Positions 25,236 through 35,538 of a stretch of 64,000 nucleotides of DNA are shown here, piece after piece. The stretch's first letter is position 1. Each line of letters starts with the position of its first letter. The stretch is taken from contig CM060731.1 in assembly GCA_030704615.1 (NCBI GenBank), positions 63,364,001 to 63,428,000 on the forward strand. Reading direction: 5' to 3'. Origin of the DNA: Takakia lepidozioides. Its lineage: Eukaryota > Plantae > Bryophyta. The notes under the pieces were generated by a model. That model saw only the letters and a program-made list of their open reading frames with translations. It was not told where the DNA came from and made no database searches. A program made the position numbers and the translations under genes.

Positions 25236-28200
25236 GTGGTGAACCTCCACTGGACAGTGGAGGTTACTGTCCTGGGAATTTTGTATGGTTGTTATGATAT
25301 GCGTCTGACGACAGAGGTGGTTTGTTCTGTGCATAGCAACATCACCCCCAGGGATTGTATTGTTGGAATGTGCAAACCTATCTGTGGTTCTTTTGTTTCT
25401 CGAAAATCTCTGAATTTCAAGAATGATCACCTGGCAATTTTTGAGCTCAACCCGGAGATCACAGAATGGGGCATTGTACCCGTTGGCACACCTCCGGACC
25501 ATAAGTTCCGGTTCCAATACAAGATTGGTGCAGAGGTCGCCGAGCTCAAATATGCAGATGTGGTCGACGTAGAGCTGGAGATGGAGGTAAATTTCCGATG
25601 CTGGTAATGTTCATAATGGAAGATGGTAGATTTCCCATAACATTTGGCTTCAAACTGGAGGTACAAATTCTAAGGAAGGCCATGATGAGAGAGTCCATCA
25701 GGGCGGGGTTCACATATTGCGACGAGGGTATTCAATTTATAGATGAAGGATTTTGCATGGCTTGGGGTATTTTCTTGGATGTGCTTTACCTAAAGGGTAA
25801 GGAGATTGAAAAGACCTGGGAGGAGGAGGCTGCAAGAGGGAGGCCAAAGAAGGGAAAACGGAAATCCATTGACGCCGGTGGTGATGAGAATGAAGTCGGG
25901 ACATCAGGGGGAATGAAGAAACAAAAGGAGGAGACGGATCCCGAGTTCATGACAAATAACAAGAAACCCAAGGCTGCAAACATATTCGACAAAGAGAAGT
26001 GTGAGAAGATGCAGGAGAGGCTGGAGCAAGACTACAAGGACATGTTTCCTTTTGGGTTTGAGGCGACCCAGGACGTCAAAGTTTCCATGATGGAGCTTGC
26101 TCCCAGGGATAAGGTGTACAGGCCCCTAAATGTGAAGCACAAAGACGAAGTCAAAGCGCGTCTTTACCAGCTCCGGGTGTTCGACTCCAAACATCCAGTT
26201 TATTTGATTCTCGTAAACCCCGAGAAGCCTATGGAGGTTTCTAATTCGAAACCTCGAAACTGGAACGAGGTGGAAAATTCCAGATTCTTCGTCATCGGTG
26301 GACAACACACGATCATTGCTGCCAAGGTATATTTCTCAACAAATTCCAATTTTTGTAACAACATGAACCTCCACTGGACAGTGGAGGTTCATGAACTTTA
26401 ACCAACATGCTTGTTAGGTCGATATCATTTCTGACCTTATTCAATTTTGTCGCAGGAACTTGTGCAAGACGTAGACGACGACAATCTTAAGAAGTACTAC
26501 ACTGACTGGCCCTCAAAGATTATATGGTCAAAGGATCTGATGAGGCTCGTGAAGGTATCTAAGCTCCTAAATGACCCGAATAAGGTGCAGAAATTTGACA
26601 CAACATTTCCCGAGAAAGTTGCACATGCCCGAAATTTCTTCGAGCTGAGGGGGAGGCCGAAAAAGTACAACGATCACACAACGAAGTCGGAGACTAGACA
26701 ATGGAAGGTAAATGATTCATTGTGTTTTCTGTTCCTTTTGCTAGAGAACCAAATATTTTCAAGCTCGGATTTAATGTGACGAACGGAGACCGCATTGCGA
26801 AGCACCGCATTACGAAACATGATACACTACAAAAATAGCCTCATAAGGGAGGGTGCTACAATGAACGAGCGGGATGGTTCAACATTCGGAAATTTGACAT
26901 GATGGGGTCTTTTGTAATGTGTCTTGTTTGGTAATGAGGTGCTTGTCCAGCTCTTATTTTCCCAATCTATTTATGTTCTCCATTTGTAACAGTTCTGCAA
27001 ATGTGCCGCAAAAATACTTGAAACATCATATGATCATGAAAACGTGATGTGGCGGAGAACGCTTCCAAAACTTTTCATGCTCATTGGGTTTTTCAAGGAT
27101 TTTCTAGGTACACTCTTGGAACTGTTCCTGCTAGAGAACATGAACAGATTGGACAAATTTGACTTGGAGGAGCACCGCATTCCGAAGCAAGAGCCACTAC
27201 AGAAAGAGCTTCAAATTACAAGGCACAACAAGATGGACGGAGATGAATTGGCAATCGAATCATCATTTGGAGTATAGTATAATTGACATGATAGTTGTGA
27301 CTATTGTTTCATCTCAAAAATTAATATCAAATATCGAATGAAATGTCTAACTTTCGCTCTGATTATTTTCGCATGAATTTATGCAAGCATGTCAACTCGT
27401 ACTGGAGATGAGTAGCGTGAAGGAGGCCATGGTTCTGGTTCTCTGTGACGTATGGAACCTGTGGGAGGACGTTTTCAAACAGTGGGAACAAGGGAAGCTT
27501 ATTGATATTTTCGGGATTCAGTGCAAGGGTGAACAGCTACCGCTGTATAAAACCGCTATCGCGAAACTGCAAGGACTTAATAGCAGGCAGTTGAAAAGAG
27601 TGGCGGAGAAAATCCTAAACAGAGACATTTGCATTCGGGGAACGAAATTCAAGGGCGCGGACAAATCCAAAAACACAATAAGCACGTATATTGACCAAAT
27701 GAAATTGCGACGGTTTATTATCGACGATGTAATGGAAGTCTTAGGGTGGCCTCGGAGGAGCAAACAAAACCCGGAACCGTATACCAAACAGGAGTGGCGT
27801 GATGTGAAAAAAAAATAAAACTTCAACAAAGCTGAGTTTGAAACTTTTCGAGATCGGATCGGGAACGACTACATTGTAAGCAAACAGAAGATGAATATGG
27901 AGACGTAGCCAATGACTGCTGCCTTCAAGAAGTATGTCTTGTCGTGCAAGCAGACCTTCGAGGATAACCAGAACGCCCTAGCGATTCTACGCACGAGCTT
28001 CAGGTCCATTACACATAGTTGGGGGGAAACCAAAAATTTGCTGATACCAGATCACGGTTGGGACTTGCACCGAAGAAACGGTTCGACGACATATCCATGG
28101 TGTTTGTCAATACAGTTTGTGATGATGACTCTGTCGTCTTCGAGGCAAATGACTACTCCAATATCCTGGATGCTTTTGTGGCTCGGAAGCTAATGTCCAG

Positions 28201-28963
28201 TGCATTTGTGTTTTTCTCGACACAAGAATCATCGGGAAATCTTGTGTCATACATCCGGAATGGTCCTGGATCAAAATCGTTTATTATCCGACAGGGTTAT
28301 TACATTCCCGGCGAGTTTGAATCACCTTACAAGAGCTGCACGACTATTTTCTCCCGAACGGTCCTCTGCCTCGACTACGTATTTCCGGCAATAGATGAGG
28401 AGATGGTGAATCCGGACGATCACATTCAAACTGTTTTGTTAACGCCGGACCCAATTAATCCCGTTATCCAAAGACCAGTTGTAGACCCGACCTCGCAGGA
28501 GAAGGAGTGCAGGACTTACACTCATGAGCTGAGGGCGGACATCTACGATTACCTAGTTTTTTTTTTTTGCAGGGACGGAATGTCTTGTGAGAACATGGAA
28601 ATCGTCAACGGAGACCAGGGGCAGATGCGGCTAATGTGGGAAAGAGAAAGAGAGGGCCAGGAAAAATACCGGTTGGATAATCTAGGTAGTACTCCAAATA
28701 CTCAAGAACGCGTTGCACCAGAAGATGTACACAATCTGGACAACTCTTCCTCCAATTCCGATAACACCACGAATAAGAATCCGGCTTCTCCAGGGGAACA
28801 AGAAACGACATCGACGGAGTTAGTTGAAACCCTTGGTCAAGGCTTCAAACCTGTGGAAGGTGACGAGCCATTGATTATGTCACCGGATCTCGTTAACAAT
28901 CGTCGTGAGCTGGTGTCCCAGAATGTCACCCAGGAAGTGGTTCTGGATGTAGGTAACGAATGA
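25236..28963 (+). pseudogene. large multi-exon cargo gene with a ParB/sulfiredoxin-like domain, disrupted
   Basis: VKVSMMELAP...YRPLNVKHKDEVK...PVYLILV...FFVIGGQHTIIAAK (~26070-26326), followed by GT-AG introns and further helical exons (26456-26708, 27381-28963) with frameshifts. Confidence 0.6.
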
Positions 28964-29939
28964 CAATTAGTGAATTTTTATTCGTACACACTTCTGAATA
29001 CAATATGACAATATTGTAATTATACATAATCCCAATTTTTTTCCATATCCGTTTTTCTGGACTTCCGAATAAAACATATTTCCACCCGGACACATATTTC
29101 CGTTCGCACACCTTTGTGGACAACCACTAACCGATATGGATAACTTTTCTTGTAGATCCAAGAATCCCAATCGGAGGAAATGACGCACACAAGAAAAGGC
29201 TCAAAGGAGACTCAAACGGTGAAGAGACACGTGGATCTGACAGTGAGGGCCATGTCACCTGAGCCGGTTCCGCAAGTAACCTCCACTGTCCAGTGGACGT
29301 TGCTATCTGTAGGGAATGAGTCGGAGAATCCTCCTACTCGCTGGGAGGGAGAAGAGACAGAGCAGCACAAGCACGTAATCCAACAACAGATCCTGATTCG
29401 GGTAAAACATTTTCTTTATTCTTATTTCATATTATTGGTCTTTCAGTCTCATCTTCGGTATTACTCAATTCAGTAATTTTGTCGGATCAATTTGGACCAT
29501 CATAATCCTCATCCGTGGGATTCTTTAATTTCCTGTAGATTCGTGAAACGACGTCTGAGGAGATCAAATACACGAGGACCGACTCCATCGACACTGAGAC
29601 GGTGAAGAGAAGAATGGATCGAACAATCACTGTCGCTCTATCTGAGCCGGTCATACAAGTTACCTCCACTGGACAGTCGAGGTTGCCATTTGGTGCCACA
29701 GAGAAGGATGATAACGTTTGCCGTAGAGATGGGAAAGAGGAAGAGCAGCCTGCCCAGGTATCTCAGGAGCCGCCCCAAAAAATGGTAATGATTTCAACTC
29801 CATTCTTTTGTTTGTCTACATTGGGATTTCTGAAATTGAAATTAATAATGAACTCTTCTGTTATTCCACAAGACAACATGCATTACCCTCCAGTCGACTA
29901 TTCCCTTTCTGTCAATCCAAACGATCTGCATTCCTTCCT

Positions 29940-30740
29940 TGGGGACCGAACGGGTGTCGGCCAGGATACTACGTCCTGGTTCTGGACATCGGTTACCTTT
30001 GTGAGGTTTTCCTAAAGGATGGAAAGAAAACCCCTCCTGCCACCCAGCCTTGTATCTCCGCAGGGAAATTCAAGTTAGCTACGCGAAACGGTCTTGACGA
30101 ATTCGTTAAGTGGGCCGTCAAAATGTTTGTCGTTTGTTTTTGGAACACTGGACCTGAAATGAACGTCGAGACTATCGCCAAGGCCGTGTTCGGGAAGTAC
30201 TATTCCTAGGTCAGAACTTACAGCAGTGAGAATTCCGTCATGCATAGATCGACATTCAACGAAAAATGGCCCAAAGCTCCCAAAAATCCCATCTACTTTA
30301 AACGTCTTTACGACATTTTCGCTGAGGAAGACCCGACAGCTTACAAATCCAATACTCTCCTCATCGACACTGTAGACAATATGTACAACACACACGTGAA
30401 AGATATGGTACTTTCATTTTGACTCATTTTTCAGATGAATGCTTGACGCACATTCTGGGCAATCCTACTTGAACCCGTTAGGACATACCATCTTCCTTCC
30501 AAAATATAACGCGCGCGTGGACCCTGATAGAGATAAATTTATACTGGAAGAGCTCAAGCCTCACCTTAACATGTTCAGGTTATCGGGGATGGATGTCATG
30601 TCATTCAACGAGCTACATCCTTTCGGCATTACGAAGGATTTCTTTGAGGACGACCCAGCGGTCAAATTTCTTAGAGACTTTGATTATAGGTGGCAGAAGT
30701 TCCTTAGCAATCACGAGTTGCGTGCCACTACATTGGGACA
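29940..30740 (+). pseudogene. FCP1/NIF-family HAD phosphatase-like domain, copy 1
   Basis: VLVLDIGYLC...TRNGLDEFVKWAVKMFVVCFWN...YFKRL...NTLLIDT...SYLNPLGHTIFLPKY; internal stop at 30207. Confidence 0.7.
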
Positions 30741-30873
30741 TAAAATATTTTCATTGAGTTTGGTGATCATCGGCTGTCCAGTGGACGTTCTGGTTCACTT
30801 GCCCGGTGTCGGTTTTTCCAATGCATTGTACTGTTCCCTTTTATCATCCTAAGTATGAATGACTCTCTGGCAG

Positions 30874-31605
30874 ATTGGAGCTCCTGTTTCTCCTCCTGCG
30901 CAAAGGTTGCGTTTGATTATTTTTGACGTGAATGGAGTCTTGTGCAAAATCTTGAAGCACCAGAAGAGCTACAATGTCCCCCGGTTTTCAGAATCGGACT
31001 ACAGAATTCCAGCTCTTGTCGGATTCTGACTTGTCTTTAGACGGGAGAAATATTGCGAAGTGTAGATAGAGTTGCACAAACACTTCCGGTTAGGGATTTG
31101 GAGCTCTATGATATACAAGAACTTGCAGCCCATCCTAGATTTTTTGCTTCGTGGTCTACCTCAACCGGCCTTCGTTATGTCTCAAGAGGATTGTATTTCA
31201 TGTCCTACTTCGGTTCACCCTCAATTCAAATCAGGATTGGACCCTCCTCATTTGTTTTTGAAGCCACTGGTCAAGGTCTGGTAGAGTTTTGGTGGACAAT
31301 ATACCAAGAGTAACACTCTGCTCATTGATGACACCGCCATGAAGTGTGTGTTGAACCCGCCCGACTCATGTCTTATTCTCAAACCGTTCCAAACCGTGGA
31401 GACTGATGGTTGCTATCTTCTCAAGGTTCTTCAGACCTATTTGCTTGGAATGAGGAAACATCCCACTGTTTCAAGCTATCTTAAGAAAAAAATGATAGGG
31501 TTGAGTTTTTTTCCAAATGTTTTAAACTATCCCAAGTTTAGCCCACTCTGGGATTTTATTGAGGACAACGGTTTTAAGAGTATCAGATATGATGCTTTAA
31601 CATAA
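30874..31605 (+). pseudogene. FCP1/NIF-family HAD phosphatase-like domain, copy 2
   Basis: LIIFDVNGVLC...FRLGIWSSM...FLKPLVKVW...TLLIDDTAMKCVLNPP...ILKPF; stops and frameshifts. Confidence 0.78.
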
Positions 31606-33039
31606 ATTATTTTTTATCAATCTCATCTCACTCGAGCTATTGAATATCTTCATGGTTTCTGTTTTTCATTTCCTTGTAAGACTCCGATACAGGCCTTCAT
31701 ACGGGGACATTACTATATCTAGTGACCTCCACTGTTCAGTGGAGGTTCACATTCGCGCACTCCCGGATTTATGATTATGTCTCTTTGGCAGGTTCAAGGA
31801 GATGCTGACGACATCATCGGTTCCTCAAGTCCCGTAAATGAATCCTCCGGATCAGCAGTGAGTCGGAGTATTGAAGGCTTTCCGAGGGTTCACGATGGTG
31901 CTCAAATTGAGGGTGGATCTTCTGTCAGACCCTTGTCCTCCCAGGAAGCTGGCGACACTCTTCTCCTCTCGGGTCTTCCTGGGTGTAAAGTCCAAGGTGC
32001 AGGTGAAGAACACAAATATCCCGGAAACTTTATCGACCTTTCCCAACATTCCTCACCCTCCCTGTTCAGTACGCAGGGTCTGGTCTATCCAACTCGCAGG
32101 GCAATCGTCGGGGACTCGGCTACGGCTCCACTGCACCTGCTTCCGTCTCTTCCTCGCATATCTTCCCAGCACGAGGGTTGGACAGCCCAAATCTGCAAGA
32201 GTTAGACGACTTAAACTCATTTCTCGCTCCTTGCTCATTCTCCTAGTTTCACTTAGTTTGGGGTCTGATATTCATCTATCGCTCCAGGTAAGAAAATCTG
32301 CAGATTATGACCTTCCTGTCAAACGACGTCTGCATTGGAATGCAGTTCCAAGGTAAAGTATTCATTCGTTGCGTTTTCATTCCATCCAGGATGTCGAGTG
32401 CTCAAGGGATAATTTTCTGTGCTTGCCTGTTGTTGCCCCTCCACTCCTCCCGTCATTCAATGGAAAAACATCTCCAACATCGACATAACGTGACCCTGAA
32501 CTGCTTGCACAATGTTCTGCACCAAAGAGGCGAAAAAGAGCCCCCGAGCCATTTCCTTCCTCTGCAGGAAATCTTTCCAACGGACAAAAGGCTGACAAGA
32601 AAAAAAGAGTGGACGCCAAACACTTGAGGACTCCCTCGGATGTTGTGGCGCCTCGTCAATCCAAGCCCGCGGGAATCCACTGTTCTTCTGCAAGACATTC
32701 CAATAAGGCTTCAATGGTACATTTCAAAACAATTTCTCCACTTTCGTTTGCAGTTTGTTTTGTTGTCCCAAACTAACTCCGTAACTTTTATACAAGCGAG
32801 TATGGAGCTGCATAACTTCTTGAATGCGCCTCCCGACAAGGTGCGTCCACTAACCTCCACTTGACAGCTGACGTTCATCTTTTCGTGATCTCGAACTCTT
32901 CGATATATGGTCTACTCTTGGTCCTTTACAGTAGTCCATTGTCAGGACACTTATGTCTCCGAAAACGTAGAGGTCACTCTGAAACTAAGAAACACTACAT
33001 CGTGTTGTTTCTGACGGCGGGAACACTTAAATTGCGCAG

Positions 33040-33765
33040 GATGGCATCATCCATCAACCTTCATTTGCCACATCAGGGAAGAGGAAACGGATGTTGTTAA
33101 TATTGAGTGTCAACGGACTCCTCTGCTACAGGCCACCTCCAACCGGCGGTGAACTGTTTAAGGAGAGATTTCGTTTCAAGAAAGTTATAGTTTATGTTCC
33201 CGACAAACCTTTTGTGGTTCCCCGGCCCGGAGTCTTGGAGTTTCTCAACCTTGCATTCATGCATTTTCACGTGGCGATCTGGTCATGTGCTGAAAGAGAT
33301 GTTCTTTGTAGGATGCTCGAGTGCTTAGTTCCTACGAAAATTGCGAAGAAGTTTTGCTTCATCTGGTCAGCTGAGGATTGCAAAGACACTATAGGTTACA
33401 TCATGCCTCGGATGAAATATCTAGTTAAGGATGTTCGCACTGTTCTTGCCAAGTACCCTGGTACACCCTTTGCAACGTAGGGACAAATACTCCTTGTCGA
33501 TGATGAGCCATCAAAGGGCCTCCGAAACCCACCAAATACTGGATTCTTCCATATTTCATACAAGCCATCACCAAAGGGCTTGGTTGACCTGGATGATATG
33601 ACAAAAGTTGTGTGGCCATATATATTGAAAATGGCTGCAGCTTCAACAGTCGTAGATTACATCAGCGAGAGCCCTGCCAAGTGTTCTCGTAAGCCTATTG
33701 GTCGCGACCATGCCTATTGGGCTTGGTATGGAAGATATGTTGATCCTCGTGTTTGGATCCCATAA
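33040..33765 (+). pseudogene. FCP1/NIF-family HAD phosphatase-like domain, copy 3
   Basis: LLILSVNGLLCYR...PRPGVLEFLNLAFMHFHVAIWSCA...FIWSAEDC...LVKDV...ILLVDDEPSKGLRNPPNT; stop at 33478. Confidence 0.8.
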
Positions 33766-34698
33766 CAAAAGGAACCTGATTACCTTGGTATGTACTTATC
33801 CCACTGTTTGTTGTTTATAGAGAATTTGATCTTGAAAGTGTCTTCCACTTGCACTTTGACTTCATCATTTTTTCTACAAATGTTCCACATTTCAGCTGAC
33901 ATTTGTCATATGAAAAATTGTTTTGCCCAGTCACATTCAAGGACCGAATTCGAAAAGAAGAAGAAGAGCTTCATGATTGGCAAGAATGGCGGGCTTCCCG
34001 GCAGGCTTCAAGGGCATCAAGAGATTCAACAAGTAGAGTTCCAAGTAATATTTTCGGATAATAATGTTACTACTAGGTTCGAGTTCTCCGAAAGTATTTC
34101 CGTTTCCTCTGGTGCGGAGACTGTTGCAAGTGGTTGTGGTAACCGGAGGCATCTTCGAACACATGCCTTGACTGCGAGCCGTTTGGGATGAGGCTCTGTA
34201 ATATTAATGGGTTAGTGTAAGCCGTTATATGGCTTCGAGCCGCTGGATAACATTAAGTCCAACGGATGTACAGTTGACGTTACATTATGTGTGACTGCAA
34301 CGCCAAAGTTGCAATCTCTAATAAAATATGAATGTTTATCAACAATGTATGGAGACTTATTCTTTCATGTCATCTTTTTCATCACATGCCATGATTGTTC
34401 TATGTTTGGTTTTGTATGTCATCTGATATGGCAACCATTTTGTGCAAAAAGTTTTACATATCTGACCTCACATCATGGTGTAATTTATTGCATCTCCCAT
34501 GATTTTTTTCATGAACGTCAACTTGGCAGTGGATGTTCTTCTAGAACCACAATACATACTTATATTGTCTCCAAAAACTGTTTGGATGATTATTGTTCAT
34601 GGTTATATTGTGCATAAAATAGCCAAAAATATATCGCTTTATTTCAATAATAAATTTTGTTTATTCATATTTCTCATATTATTTCTGGACCGAACAAA

Positions 34699-34724
34699 AG
34701 TCCAGAATTAGTTAAAATAGTGTT
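34699..34724 (-). repeat. right terminal inverted repeat
   Basis: Pairs with 15863-15888; followed by TCTA. Confidence 0.85.
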
Positions 34725-34823
34725 TCTACCTTATCTATTCCCAACAGCACAGTACCGGATTACTCCTCCGGTCCACCCAACCGCCACACCATGCTATATT
34801 CTCATCTCCTCTATGCATATATG

Positions 34824-35538
34824 TGAGAAATTTCGCCAAGATCGCGGGGCCGCTGTCAGACCTTCTGTGTAAATCCAAAGTCTGGGTATGGAAAACCTTT
34901 TGTGGCCAAGCTTTTGCCGAGTTGAAGCAGCGGACGGCGGAAGCTCCAGTCCTCAAAATCCCGGAGTTCGACCATCTATTTGAGATTCATACGGATGCAT
35001 CGGACTTCGCAATAGGGGGTGTACTCATGCAGGATGAACGTCCAGTGGCTTACAAAAATAAGAAACTGAATGAAGTGGAGCGACGGTGGCCTACGCATGA
35101 GAAGGAAATGAAGGCGGAGGTGCATTGCCTTGAGCTTTGGCACCACTATGTTGGTTCCAACCCGGTGAAGGTGTTCACGAACAATGTCACGGTGAAGTAT
35201 TTTGCCACACAGCCTAAGTTGTCCACAAAACAACTTAGGTGGCAAGATACTTTGGCGGTGTTTGACGTGGATATCTAGTACAAACCGGGACGGGACAATG
35301 TGGTGGCCAATGCTTTAAGTAGAAAACAGCAGCTCATGTTGGTGTACAGGGGCGAGACAGCGCTCCAAAGGAAGATCCGGAAGGCTTACCGGAAGGATGA
35401 GATGGCGAAGTCCGTGATGCGGGACTTGAGGATGGGGGTTAAATCACAGTTCCACTTGCAAAATGGACTGCTCCAGTATAAGCAAAAGCGTCTTTACGTG
35501 CCGAAGGGAGGGATCAGAGATAGTCTCTTGAGAGAATG
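34824..35538 (+). pseudogene. Ty3/gypsy pol fragment (RT connection, RNase H, start of integrase)
   Basis: NFAKIAGPLSDLL...APVLKIP...FEIHTDASDFAIGGVLMQ...WPTHEKEM...KPGRDNVVANALSR...RLYVP. Confidence 0.9.

Larger units (their letters stand above)
15863..34724. mobile_element. giant (18,862 bp) TIR DNA transposon, Sola1-like, with cargo genes; decayed
   Basis: TIRs AACACTATTTTAATTAATTTTTGACT (15863-15888) and AGTCCAGAATTAGTTAAAATAGTGTT (34699-34724), 23/26 match; direct repeat TCTA at 15859-15862 and 34725-34728; internal DDD-type transposase. Confidence 0.85.

Noticed and set aside
18630-34537. CRISPR-like array from the repeated palindrome
   Set aside because: Spacing is irregular (0.1-3 kb), the context is eukaryotic with introns, and there are no cas genes.
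15865-34722. CACTA (En/Spm) classification, because the TIR contains CACTA...TAGTG
   Set aside because: With CACTA ends the flanks would be AAA and TTT, so no 3-bp TSD. Two bases further out a 4-bp TSD (TCTA) appears, and the transposase motifs are Sola1-like.
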